Below are positions 12,059 to 25,413 of a stretch of 64,000 bases of DNA, piece by piece. A program made the translations under genes and the position numbers. This stretch comes from Octopus sinensis (Eukaryota): the NCBI RefSeq assembly GCF_006345805.1, contig NC_043012.1, positions 14,632,001 through 14,696,000 of the forward strand. Reading direction: 5' to 3'. The first letter of the stretch is position 1. Each line of letters opens with the position of its first letter. The notes under the pieces are model-generated. The model searched no databases, was not told where the DNA came from, and worked only from the letters and a program-made list of their open reading frames with translations.

Positions 12059-13403
12059 TTAAATTGTTGGTCTTCATATTTAACTGTCATCCTCAGATCA
12101 ACCGTCAACGAACTGACCTACGATCAAAGACGTTCAAACCGTGATTATCTTCTTCTTCTTTTTTTCTTTCAGACACAATGTATCCTTATCTATATTATCT
12201 CATGTTCTTCTTCCGCTAGTGAGGTAGAAATGCTCTTTGACGGATATTTGGGTGCTATTTCTAGAGAGTCAAGTGGTCATATAAATGATCCTTCATGGGC
12301 TTGTGAAAGAGAGTAAAGTATTTTGGCTATATTTGTAGCAAGTCTTAATAATGGATGAGATATGAAATGTCAGCAGTTTCCTCAATAGGTTTGCATTTAT
12401 TTCGCCATCTTTGTCTCGCGCTAATGTTATAAGTTTCTCATTGTGATATAATATTCGCACAGACATAGAATTTGCCGTGTGATTCTTAGTGTTGCAATGA
12501 ATTTAAACCAAGAATGGTTTACGGCATCTCACAGTTATAATCATGTTAATGTAGCAACAGCGAATTGATAACAGAACAATGGTTTAATACAAGAAAACAA
12601 AGTTTAGTAAATTTACAATATATAAAAAGATAAGCTGCTTCTATAAGAGACGTAATTCCTAAAAAAGACGAAGTTTTTACTCCAGTTAACCATTTATCTC
12701 AACACTAATTGATTTAAAACTTTTTATCGCTAAACACTTTTCTCCAAATACATTTATGGAACTCGTTTCAAAAATTTACTTAAGCTTTATCGGATTTTTC
12801 TTTTAAGTATCAAGCTCTTTCAAATAGAAAAAAAACATACAAAATATCACTTTTAATTAGAGATGCGTGGCTGTGTGGTCAGACGTTTGCTTCCCAACTA
12901 CTTGGTTCTGGGTTCAGTCCCTCTGCATGGCACCTTGGGCAGCTCTCTTCTACTCTAGTCCCTAGCTGACCAAACACTTGAGAGTAGTTTTGGTAGGCGG
13001 AAAGTGAAACTCGTTATAAATGTGTGTGTGCGCGCATATGTGTGTGTGTGTGTGCGTGTATATCTATGTGCGTTTGTGTGTCTTTGTGCTAGTGGTTGTC
13101 CCCCACCACCGTTTGACAACCGGTGTTAGTTTGTTGACGTCCACATGATTTAACGGCTTGACAAAAGGGACCGATAGTATAAGTACCAGGCTTTAATAAA
13201 ATAAGTACAGGGTTCAATTCGTACCACTAAAACCTTTCAAAGCGGTGCTCCAGCATGGCTGCAGTCAAATGACTAAAACAGATTAGATTTAAATCTACTA
13301 AAAATTAAAATTTATTTTTTTTGTTTTAGTTCTATTTCTTGGTTGTTCGTTTTGTTTTTTGTTTTTTGTTTTTTTCCTTCATTTTCACGTTTTAAATTTG
13401 TAG

Positions 13404-13700
13404 GGGTTTTGACACTGCTCGAAGGGTTTTTCTCAAAACCTCGCCAGTCCACTTACACATTTACCGTGACCGCCATGGACATGGGGTTTCCTTCCCGAAA
13501 GACGAAAGCTCAAGTCATTGTAAATGCACCACATATGGTTTACAACGACTATCCACCCAAATTCGAAGGTCATAACGTATTCATTATTAAAGAAGAAATG
13601 CCTGTTGGTTCCCTTGTGGGTACTTTAAAAGTTACTGACGAAGATAAGAGGAAAAATAACAGCATTCATTTAAGAATAGCTCCAGAAGACGAACCATATG
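13404..13700 (+). CDS. Cadherin-repeat protein, exon 4 of 5 (phase 1 to 1)
   Basis: tttgtag / GTAAGT. YTFTVTAMDMGFP...NDYPPKF...EEMPVGSLVGTLKVTDED. Confidence 0.93.
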
Positions 13701-14132
13701 GTAAGTACGAATGTCTGTCTATTTAGTTTTCCTCTATTTTTCATTATATTAGGAGCTCTTTAAGCCGGTGAGCTGGCAGAACCGTACCGGACAAAAATGC
13801 TTAACGGCATTTCGTCCGTCTTCACGTTCTGAGTTCAAATTCTGCCGTCTGCCGATTATTAGTTACATATATATATATATGTGTGGGTGTTTGTGTGTGT
13901 GGGTGTGTGTATTTATATATATATATATATATATATTCATTGCCTTCGAACGTGGAGTAGTTGAAACAGGGACAGCTGAAGAAAGGGAATATTCTTTATG
14001 TTGTATGTCACGTTTCTCTGTTTGTTTGGGGGTTTTTTTCGCTGTCCGACAAAAAGTTCGTTTCTATGTTTTTGTCTTCATCTTTTCGTTTCTCATTGTG
14101 TTCAACGTTTTTTGATGTCCTGTACCCATATA

Positions 14133-14171
<39 letters not shown>

Positions 14172-14200
14172 ATATGCATATATTTATATATTATTTATAT

Positions 14201-14233
<33 letters not shown>

Positions 14234-14598
14234 ATAGATATAGATATAGATATATGTATGTATACACACACACATAGGCGCAGGAGTGGCTGTGTGATAA
14301 GTAGCTTGCTTACCAACCACATGGTTCTGGGTTCAATCCCACTGCGGGGCACCTTAGGCAAGTGCCTTCTACTGCAGCCTTCGGGTGACCAAAGCCTTGT
14401 TAGTGAATTTGGTAGATGGAAACTGAAACTGCTGGTGTTTACGTCCCCGTAACTAAGCGGTTCGGCAAAAGAGAAAGACCGATAGAATAAGTACTAGGCT
14501 TACAAAGAATAAGTCCTGGGGTCGATTTGCTCAACTAAAGGCGGCGTTGACTAAAGGCCACAGTCGAATGACTGAAACAAATAAAAGAGTAAGGAGCA

Positions 14599-14652
<54 letters not shown>

Positions 14653-15107
14653 CGTTTTGCTTTTTGTATATACACGTAGTTAAACTTTGCCTTTTTTCGA
14701 TATTTTTTAATTATAATTTTTTTTAATCTCATTTCATTTTTTTTTTTTTTGGTTAGATTCTTTTTTCAATAATGTAAATCATTTTTAGAACAATGGATCT
14801 CGAAGTACACATAAAGCTATAAATAATAGCATACAAATATTGAGTTGAAAACTCTGTTTAACTAGAAAACAAAATCGAAGGAACCCCTATCATGTCTACA
14901 GGATATGGAAGCTCATGTCCCACGGGCGACCTTTGACATTTTCTTTCTAAAAAGTTTTTAAACCCAATTTTTACTATTTATAGCTCTATGTGTGCTTCGA
15001 GATTCATTATTCTAAGAACAAAAACAGAATTTTTACGTTCTCTCGAAAATTTATAAATTTTTATGATGCTTTTTTTTTCTTTTTTCGATTTTCGATTTCT
15101 TTTCTAG

Positions 15108-15616
15108 TGCCTTTCACGCTTAAAAGCGATGGTTCCATAATAACAACGGAAGTTATTGATAGGGACGCTGGCTACGAACATTTTAGATTTACAGTTCATG
15201 CCACCGATACGGGCAGCCCTCCGCACAACACCAGTCAGGAAGTGGGAATCATCGTCAATGACATCAACGACAACCCGCCACATTTTACAATGGAAACCTA
15301 CCAACACATGGTCTCCACTCACTTCCCTGGTTCCACTATCGTTGCCACGCCGTTTGCGTTCGACGATGTCGACAAAACGGACTCTGTGTATCAGTACAAA
15401 CTTCATGGAAAAAATCCGGGATATTTTTATATTAACGACCAAACAGGGGTTGTAAGGACCACCAATTTGGCCCGGAATTTGAAGGCTGGTATGATGGAAT
15501 TCACCATTGTTGCACAGGACATGTACAATAAAAGCTTGACAGCTGAAGCTAAGCTAATAATCCGAGTTATGAAGAAAGCTCCGCAGAAGAAATTTTGCTG
15601 CCGTGTCCCCTGTTGA
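15108..15616 (+). CDS. Cadherin-repeat protein, terminal exon. Ends KKAPQKKFCCRVPC-stop with no TM segment.
   Basis: ttttctag acceptor in phase 1. IDRD...ATDTGSPP...DINDNPPHF, then one more EC repeat, then TGA at 15614-15616. Confidence 0.9.
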
Positions 15617-15637
15617 TGTAAATTATTGCTAAATTTG

Positions 15638-15643
15638 AATAAA
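15638..15643 (+). promoter_or_regulatory. Candidate polyadenylation signal of the cadherin gene
   Basis: AATAAA about 20 nt after the stop codon. The context is AT-rich, so chance occurrence is possible. Confidence 0.45.
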
Positions 15644-15957
15644 TCTCCAACCACATTGACAATTATAATTACCCACTTCTACGAGGTCATTAATTAAAAA
15701 TCTACGATCGAAACAATCATATATGTAAAGGTTTTACAGCTGACCATTAAAATGTTTGCCGTTAGGATGTTTATAAACTGAAGTTTTCAAACAAACACAC
15801 ATTGCACGCACGCACCCACGCACACCCAAATACATGTGCACACGTCCATACTTATATATAAGCAATCATGTGTGTGTGTTCTGTAAAACAAGGACAAACG
15901 CCTTTTTGTGCAAAGTGTTCAATACGTACTTGTCGAGTTTGGTAAAGAGTATATATA

Positions 15958-16014
<57 letters not shown>

Positions 16015-16745
16015 TATGCATAAGCATACACGTGTGTGTATATATGTGTGTGTGTGTGTGTACATAAATGTATGTATACACCTACACATGACAAAAATGG
16101 GAAGACCATGTCTAAAACTCGGGTCAAATGAACCTTTAATAAGCAATATTTGTGTCAGAGGTCAACTACCGGGTTCTAGCTTACACTACATCTATCCATT
16201 TCACTAATATCACACAAGACCTGCCATCACAGAAACACACACACACACTCACACACACACACACACACACACACACCACACACACACACACACACATATA
16301 TATATACATGTATGTACACGCACTTCATAAGCGGCTCAATAATTTTACCGTCTTCGAGTTTTTCACCATATCTGACGAGTGGAAATATCAACAATCAAAA
16401 TCGAACACTGGAAAAAATATTTCAATTGTTCAAACTATCCTCCATTGTTTTTGTTTTTGTTGTTTTTTTTTTTTTAATGTACAAAGTATTGGCCTGATGA
16501 ATGGGAAAAAACAATTTGTATAACGAGGCATGTTAATGAATATTGGCTTGGCTGATGCTAATGAGATTAAGAAATTATTTGGACCAACAATTCTTAGTTC
16601 CTTTTTATTATTTCTCAGCATTTTTTTTTTTTTGAAGTTTCGGTTTTTAATAAAATACTTCATAAAAAACTTTTAAGAGTTTTATTTCTTTTCTTTTCTA
16701 TTTTTTCTAAACTGCTAAATATTTGTCTTTTATTGTTCATTCATG

Positions 16746-16954
16746 TACGAGAGTGTGCTGAAAATCCCTGGATTTTGGGGTTTCGCGAAAGGCCTGGTTG
16801 AAGGTCCAACCTTCCAAATTCTTTTACAGGGCTTAGAAACACTAAAGGACCGCTGCAATAAGTGTGTGAATCTGCGAGGGAAATATGTTGGATTAAATGA
16901 TTCTCCTGGTTTTTCTTTTACCCAAGGCCAGGAACTTTTCAGCACGCCCTCGTA
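16746..16954. mobile_element. Mariner-derived MITE
   Basis: tacgagagtgtgctgaaaatccctgg ... ccaggaacttttcagcacgccctcgta TIRs. Relatives at 33372-33594 and ~63598-63735. Confidence 0.75.
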
Positions 16955-17059
16955 AGTTTACTTGTGATGAGAAGCAGGAGACGGAACTGGAAGCTAGAAC
17001 AATAATGTACCAGATCCAGCACTAGAACCTCAGAAAAGGAGGAACTGGTAAAAAAAAAA

Positions 17060-17290
17060 GGCAAACTTGCTATTCAGATTTCGTGTCTGTTCTCACCTAT
17101 AGTAATGAATATTGGGTAAGAACCGAGAGGGTACGATCGTTAATACAATCAACCGAAATGGGGTTCCGGTTCCGCCGAAGATTCTCTGGATTAACGTCGC
17201 TCGACAAAGGTGCGTATTTCGGATATCAGGCAGTTTCCGCAGGCCGAGTCACAATTCCACTGCCTTGAGGAGTCACAGCTCCACGTGGAT
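17060..17290 (+). mobile_element. RTE-clade LINE fragment
   Basis: VLTYSNEYWVRTERVRSLIQSTEMGF..RRFSGLTSLDK resembles the RTE post-RT region (LTYG..W..T.R.RS.IQA.EM.FLRR). Diverged duplicate at ~17600-17745. Confidence 0.7.
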
Positions 17291-18253
17291 TAAAGCGAAC
17301 TTCTTAACCATACAGCCATGCCTGTGCCTAGCTTCTGCTATCAGACTGTGGCATCTCTTCCTATCAGCAACAAATTCCCATATGCATTGAATTCTTACAC
17401 AAATGCAATCAAATCTCATCCATAACTTATACTCTTACAGTTATTTATTTCCTCACTTCTCTATTTCCTAAATTCGCAAGAAATAGCAGTAGTTCGCTCC
17501 AGCGCGCAATATCTGGCTAATTTGTTAACTGATCAATGACTGTGTGTCACTTGTTCTCTGTATATTACGAGCTGAAGTGAACTACTGTTATCTCTATAGA
17601 ACGAGTATCCGAAATGGAGATCTGGTTCCGCCGAAGAATCTCTGGATTAACGTACCTCGACAGGGTGCATAGTTCGAATATCTGAGGGTTTCCCTCAGAC
17701 GGAGCCGCTACTTCGCCGCCTTGAGGAGTTGCAGTTCCACGTGGTTTCAAAGCGAACTTCTTAACCATACAGCCATGCCTGTGCCTACCTTTTGCTAGCA
17801 AACTGTGGAATTTTCTTCCTATCAGCAACAATTTCCCTTATGTATTGAATTCTTACATAAATGCAATCAAATCTCTTCCATAATTTATGGCCCACATCTC
17901 CTTCAGTTTTTGTTTCTTCACTTTATTTCCCAAACAACCAAATCCAGCTCTGCGTCCTTGCATTTCAAGATGACATTTCAAAAACAGAAAACACCATGAG
18001 GCAGAAAGTCTTAGATCTTTATTACAGTAACAGTACAAAGATCAACTATGCAATTGATAACCAGTCTCCCACAATGTTTTACGAAAGCATTCTTTAAAAA
18101 TCCCACTAAAACAATATGCTTTTAGTTCCATCTATCCATCTCCTCTGCCCAGGATTCGTTGGGGGATCGTATGGTTAGAGCCTTCAGGCACCTCCTCTAT
18201 AGGGCCTTTTCGGAAGCAACTGATTTACACTTTCCTGTTGTGGTCCCAAGTGG

Positions 18254-21200
18254 AATTATCTGAGGCTATGGAAATTATCCAACTATTTCGTTCTTGGGAT
18301 TATCTGAGGCTATGGATATACTCCAAATATTTCGTTCTTGGGATTATCTAAGGCTATGGATATTATCCAACTATTTCGTTCTTGGGGTTATATGAGGCTA
18401 TGGATAATATCCACCTATTTCGTTCTTGGTATTATCTGAGGCTATGGATAATATCCACCTATCCAACTATTTCGTTCTTGGGATTATCTGAGGCTATGCA
18501 TATTATCCAACTAATTCGTTCTTGGGATTGTCTGAGGCTATGGATATAATCCAGCTATTTCGTTCTTTGGATTATCTGAAGCAATGGATGTTACCCAACT
18601 AATTTGTTCTTGGGATTATCTGAGACTATGTATATTATCCAACTCTTTCGTTCTTGGGATTATCTCAGGCTATAGATATTATCCAACTATTTCGTTCTTG
18701 GGATTATCTCAGGATATGGATATTATCCAACTGTTTCGTTCTTTGGATTATATGAGGCAATGGATGTTATCCAACAATTTCTTTCTTGGGATTACCTGAT
18801 GCTATGGATATTATCCAACTATTTCGTTCTTGGATTATCTAAGACTATTGATATTATCCAACTATATCTTTCTTGGGATTATCTGAGGCAAAGGATATTA
18901 TCCTACTATTTCCTTCTTCGGATTATCTCAGGCTATGAATATTATCCAACTCTTTCGTTCTTGGGATTATCTGCGATTATGGATAATATCCAACTATTTC
19001 GTTCTTGGGATTATCTGAAGCGATGGATGTTACACTACAAATTCGTTCTTCGGCTTATCTGAGCCTATAGATATTATCCAACAATTTCTTTATTGGGATT
19101 TCCTGAGGCTATGGATATAATCCAACTATTTCGTTCATGGGATTATCTGAGGCTATGGATATTATCCAACTATTTCGTTCTTGGGATTATCTCAGGCTAT
19201 GGATATTATCAAACTATTTCTTTCTTGGGATTATCTCAGGCTATGGATATTATCCACATGTTTCGTTCTTGGGATTATCTCAGGCTATGGACATAATCCA
19301 ACTATTTCGTTGTTGGGATTATCAGAAACAATGGATATTATACAACAATTTCTTTCTTTGGATTATCTGAAGCTATGGATATAATCCAACTATTTCGTCC
19401 TTCGTATTATCAAAGGATATGGATATTATCCACCTAATTCGATCTTGGGATTATCTGAGGCAATGGATATTATCCAACTATTTCAGTCTTGGGATTATCT
19501 GAGGCAATGGATATTATCCAACTATTTCGTTTTGGGATTGTCTGATGCTATGGATATTTTCCAACATTTTCCTTCTTGGGATTATCTGAGGCTATGGATA
19601 TTATCCAACAATTTCGTTCTTGGGATTGTCTAAGGCGATGCTTATAATCCAACTATTTCTTTCTTGGAATTATCTGAGGCTATGGATATTATCCAACTAT
19701 TTCGGTCTTGGGATTATCTGATGCTATGGATATTATCCAACAATTTACTTCTTGGGATTATCTGCGGCAATGGATATTATCCAACTATTTCGTTTTGGGA
19801 TTGTCTGAGGCTAGGGATATTATCCAACTATTCCCTTCTTGGGATTATCTGAGGCGATGGATATACTCCAACTATTTCCTTCTTGGGATTATCTGAGGCT
19901 ATCGATATTATCCAACAATTTCGTTCTTGGGAGTATCTAAAGCTATGGATATTATCCAACTATTTCGTTCTTGGGATTATTTGCGATTATGGATAATATC
20001 CAAATATTTCGTTCTTGGGATTATATGAGGCAATGGATATTATTCAACTATTTGTATCTTGGGATTATCTGAGGCTATAGATATTATCCAATTATTTCGT
20101 TCTTTGGATTATCTGAGGCTATGGATATTATCCAACTATTTCATTCTTGGGATTTTCTCAGGCTATTGATATTATCAAACTATTTTGATTTTGGGATTAT
20201 CTGAGGCTATAGATATTATCCAACTACTTCGTTTTGGGATTATCTGAGCCTATAGATATTATCCAACTATTTCGTTCAAGTGGTTATATGAGGCTATGGA
20301 TATTATCCAACTATTTGGTTCTTGGAATTATCTGAGGCGATGGATATTGTCCAACAATTTCGTTCTTGGGGTTATCTGAGGCTATGGATAATATCCACCT
20401 ATTTCGTTCTTGGGATTATTTTAGGCTAAGGATATTGTACAACTATTTCGATCTTGGGATTATCTGAGGCTATGGATAATATCCAACTATTTCGTTCTTT
20501 GGATTATCTGATACTATGGATATTATCCAACTATTTCGTTCGTGGTATTATCTGAGGCGATGGATATTCTCCAACTATTTCGTTCTTGGGATTATCTCAT
20601 GCTTTTGATATTATCAACTATTTTGATCTTGGGATTATCTGAGGCTATGAATATTATCCAACTAGTTCCTTTTCAGATTATCTGAGCCTGTGGATATTAT
20701 CCGACTATTTCGTTCAAGGGCTTATCTGAGGCTATGGATATTATCCAACTATTTGGTTCTTGGAATTATGTGAGGCGATGGATATTATCCAAATATTTCG
20801 TTCTTGGGATTATCTGAGGCTATGGATAATATCCAACTATTTCTTTCTTGGGATTATCTGATGCTATGGATAATATCCAACTATTTCGTTCTTGGGATTA
20901 TCTGAGGCGATGGATATACTCCAACTATTTCGTTGAAAGGATTATCTGATTGTATGGATATATTCCAACTATTTCGTTCTTGGGATTATTTGAGGCTATG
21001 GATATTTTCCATCTCTTTCGTTCTTGGGATTATCTGAGGTAATGGAAAATATCCAACTATTTCGTTCTTGGGATTATCAGATTCTATTGATATTATCCAC
21101 CTATTTCGTTCTTGGAATTATCTGAGGCGATGGGTATAATCCAACTATTTCGTTCTTGGGATTATTTGAGGCTATGGATATTATCCAACTATTTGGTTCT

Positions 21201-22065
21201 TGGAATTATCTGAGACTCTGGATATTATCCATCTCTTTCGTTCTTGGGATTATCAGATTCTATTGATATTATCCACCTATTTCGTTCTTTTATGATTATC
21301 TGAGGCGATGGATATAATCCAACTATTTCGTTCTTATGATTATCTGAAGCGATGGATGTTACCCAACTAATTCGTTCTTCGGATTATCTGAGACTATGGA
21401 TATTATCCAATAATTTCTTTCTTGGGATTATCTGAGGCGATGGGTATTATTCAACTCTTTCGTTCTTGGGATTATCTCAGGCTATAGATATTATCCAACT
21501 ATTTTGTTCCTGGGATTATATGACGCAATGGATATTATCCAACTATTTCATTATTGGGATTATCTGAGACGATGGGTATTATTCAACTGTTTCGTTCTTG
21601 GGATTATCTGAGTCTATGGATATTATCCAAATATTTCCTTCTCGGGATTATCTGAGGCTATGGATATTTTCAACCTTGGGATTATCTGAGATTATGGATA
21701 ATATCCAACTATTTCGTTCTTGGGATTATCTGATGCTATGGATATTATCCAAGTATTTCGTTCTTGGAATTATCTGCGTTTATGTATAATATCCAACTAT
21801 ATCTTTCTTGGGATTATCTGAGTGCATGGATATTATCCAACTATTTCGTTCTTGGGTTTATCTGAGGCGATGGATATACTCCAACAATTTCCTTCTTGGG
21901 AGTATCTGAGTCTATGGATATTATCTAACTCTTTCGTTCTTGGCATTATCTGAGTCTATGGATATTATCCAACTATTTCATTCTTGGGATTATTCGAGGC
22001 TATGGATATTATCCAACTATTTCGTTCTTTGGATTACCTCAGGCTATGGATATTATCCAACAATT
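18254..22065. repeat. 44-bp satellite array, ~3.8 kb, roughly 85-87 monomers
   Basis: Consensus ttgggattatctgaggctatggatattatccaactatttcgttc repeated head to tail with point variants. Confidence 0.97.
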
Positions 22066-23339
22066 TTATTCCTTGTTGTTCTCACATTTGTACGAAAATA
22101 GGATTCTTCTATATGATAAATGCTTTGACAAGTTTCCTTTCAAAGCTACTTCAAGCTATCGCTGAGGTTGATGAGAGATTTCAACTTTATGCTGAATATT
22201 CGGCTTGAAGCTGGATTGACTGGCTTTTGAGCATTCTGTTGGCTATCTGATAACAAGTCTAACCAATCTGTGCACTATTATGGAATCCTGTGTCTGTGTG
22301 CGCGCGCCTGTGTGTGTGAGTGTGTCTTTATGTCTGTCTGTTTGTCTTTCTGTGCGTGTGCGTCTGTGTGCACGTATGTATTTTTATATGTATGTATGTA
22401 TATATGTATGTATGTATGTATGTACGTATGTATGCATGCATGTATGTATGTATGTATGTGTGTGTGTGTGTATGTATGTACGTATGTATGTATGTATGTG
22501 TGTATGTGTGCATGTATGTATGTATGTATGTATGTATGTATGTATGTATGTATGTATGTATGTGGAAGGCGCGTGGCTTAGTGGTTAGGGGCATTCGCTC
22601 ATGATCGTAAGGTCGTGAGTTCAATTCCCGGCGGCGCGTTGTGTTCTTGAGCAAGACACTCTATTTCACGTTGCTACAGTCCACTCACCTGGCAAAAATG
22701 AGTTTTACCTGTATTTCAAAGGGCCAGTCTTGTCATACTCTGTGTCACGCTGAATCGCCCCGAGAACTACGTTAAGGGTACACGTGTCTGTGGAGTACTC
22801 AGCCATTTGCACATTAATTCCACGAGCAAGCTGTTCCGTTGAACGTATCAGCTGGGACTCTCGTCGTCGCAACCGACGGAGTGCTCCTGTATGTATGTAT
22901 GTACGTGCATACATATTCGTTATTAACGAAGGAAGCCATTTTTGTTCAGAATGCCATTCTGTACATCTTCCTTAACGTGAATGCACTGTAGCAAGCCTCA
23001 CGCTGCAGTATTCGTTTTTGATAAAATATCTCGTATAGACATAATCCGAAAAGATTAAAGCAGGCGAAAAGCATCCGACGTCGACGGTGGATTTGCTAAA
23101 TCTGAGTTTCTGCATTTTTTGTGCGTCATCGGTCGCAGCTTTCCACTACCAACAGCAAGTTTAGACAAATTTCACAAATTTAACAATTCACTGATTTCAC
23201 AAACAGCAGACGGCCTGAGTAATAGCTGATAGTCAGCTACAAAAGAATTATTAGTTCAGGTTAGTATGATACTACGAGATGCTTCTACATAAATACATAC
23301 ACTTTGTTTTTTGTTTTGTTTTGTTGTTGTTGTTTTTTT

Positions 23340-25413
23340 TTGCTCATTATTCCGAAAGGAATGGCTTAAGATGCCAGCTTTTACTAAGTGGTTGTATGAA
23401 GTACCTAGTGACCAATCTAAAGCACATTGCAGATATTGTAGATGTAATATGTTGGCAAAATATTCTCTTTTAGTAAGCCACTGTGAAGCAAAGAAACATA
23501 AGGCATCAACTCCACAGCAAATGATTCCTCTTACCAATTTTATTAAAACCAAAGATGATAAAGACATCTATGCTTGAAGCAAATTTAGCAATTTTCATTT
23601 ATTGCCACTCATCATTTAATAGATGTAATCACTTAATAGAGTTATGTAAGAATTATATGTCTGATAGTGATATTATGTCAAAAGTGAAGTTGTATCGTAA
23701 AAAATGTGCAAATATTGTGAGAAATGTTCTAGCTCCATATTTTGATGGAGATTTGATTTCTGATATAGGAGATAGAAAATTTAGCCTGTTATTAGATGAA
23801 TCCAATGATATATCGATAAACAAGTTGTTAGGGATTGTTATCATATATTACAAATACACTCACCAATAAAGTGGTACATGCCTATCTCAGTATGGTATCT
23901 TTAGAAACGTGATGCGGATGGCATTAAAAACTGAATTAGTGAAAAAGAAATTAGATATAAAAAAATTTACTGGAACTGACAATGCTAGAGTAATGATAGG
24001 AGTCAACAATGGTGTTTTCCAGAAATTAAAAGAAGTTCCATCATTACTTCTATTTAGATATATATGTCATTCTTTACAGTTGGCAGTATCCCATACTTGT
24101 GCTGAATGCTTGCCCATGAATTTAGAATTTTTAGTATCCGAAACCTATAAATAGTCCTCTCATTCTTCAACAAGACAAAGTGCCTACAAACAACTTTACC
24201 TTGCTATCAATGATAAAGAGCTTTTGAAAATTTTGAATTTTTGTACAACTAGGTGGCCATCAATAGAACCAGCTGTAAATAGAATTTTAAGCCAATGGTT
24301 TGAATTGCAAACTCACTTCCAAACTACAATTACAAAAGAAAAATGCTTTACAGCACAAATGTTACATGAAATATTTTGTGGTTCTAAGAATGAACTTTAC
24401 CTTTTATTTTTGCATCCAATTTTAAAACATGTTTAGGAAGAGAATAAACTGTTTGAATCAAACACTGTCGACAAAACAAAATTACTTGAAGATCTTTCAA
24501 ATTTGATCAAATCGGTTGCTAATATGATAGTGTTGCCAACAAGTAGAATTGATCCTCTGGATCCTGATGCTTCTACTGAAAAATTTCTGGATCCTAAACC
24601 AAATTTAGGCTACAGGTTCGAGCGAAAGGTAGCAGAAATGATTATCAAGAAGACTGTAACAGCCATCGAAGAAAATAATATTCGCAAAAATTTTTACTCT
24701 GCTTTTATAAAAGCTCAAGCACTGTTAGCCAGGAAATATTAATATACTGAGGAATATCAAATGCTTTTCAGTAGAGAATATTTTGCATCATTTCAAAGAG
24801 ACAATTTTACCTGTCTTAGAATCAATGCATTTAAATGAAGAAAAAATTGCTTCAATTGAAATTCAGTTTAATAGCATTCATTAAAGTTAATACTGAGGCA
24901 TTCTGGCTGCAAATCTTGGAATATAAAGATGCTACTGGAGGAAATCCTTTTAGAGATGTTGCAAATTTTTGCCATAAATTTATTGACATTGCCAAACTCA
25001 AATGCAGAAGTTGAACAGTTGTTCAGTAGTATGGGTGTAATCAAATCAAAATTGAAAAACAAAATGCATCTTCCCATGCTGTCAATAAAATATGGCCTGA
25101 AAAGATATGGCAAATGTTGCAAAAACTTCGATATTCCAAAACACATAATTAACAAGACTGGGACCTTGAATGTATACAGAAGTCAAGACCTAGGCACTGC
25201 AGCTGAATGTGATTAAATCAGTGAAATTCAAGAAATTATTTCTCAATGCTGAATATTATTAAAGAAAGTAAATAAAAATGTAAATAAAAATCAAGTTTTT
25301 TTATATAATTAGTCTTTAGCATTTTTTTGTCATATTTAGAATTTTTTAGCATTTTGGGAATATTTTTTCTACTGAAATTTAGCATAAAATTCTGATTTTA
25401 AGTTGGTAACACA
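23340..25413 (+). mobile_element. Decayed hAT-superfamily transposon (pseudogenised transposase)
   Basis: BED-like CxxC (AHCRYC..H...KKH), SLLLDESNDIS, GTDNARVM, CHSLQL, TRW, LPNSNAEVEQLFS motifs split by stops and frameshifts. 3' TIR-like agttggtaacacag at ~25400. Confidence 0.88.

Noticed and set aside
16366-16392. CTGACGA-gtg-GAAA hammerhead-like core
   Set aside because: No stem II or supporting stems
18254-22065. CRISPR array or repetitive protein gene
   Set aside because: No unique spacers. The 44-bp period forces frame cycling, with stops on both strands. It is a satellite.
18254-22065. Hammerhead-containing satellite
   Set aside because: The CTGA(G/T)G-like motif and GAAA lie on opposite strands, so no core can form
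23311-25216. Domesticated ZBED/ZNF862-like gene
   Set aside because: Multiple frameshifts and stops with no compensating introns
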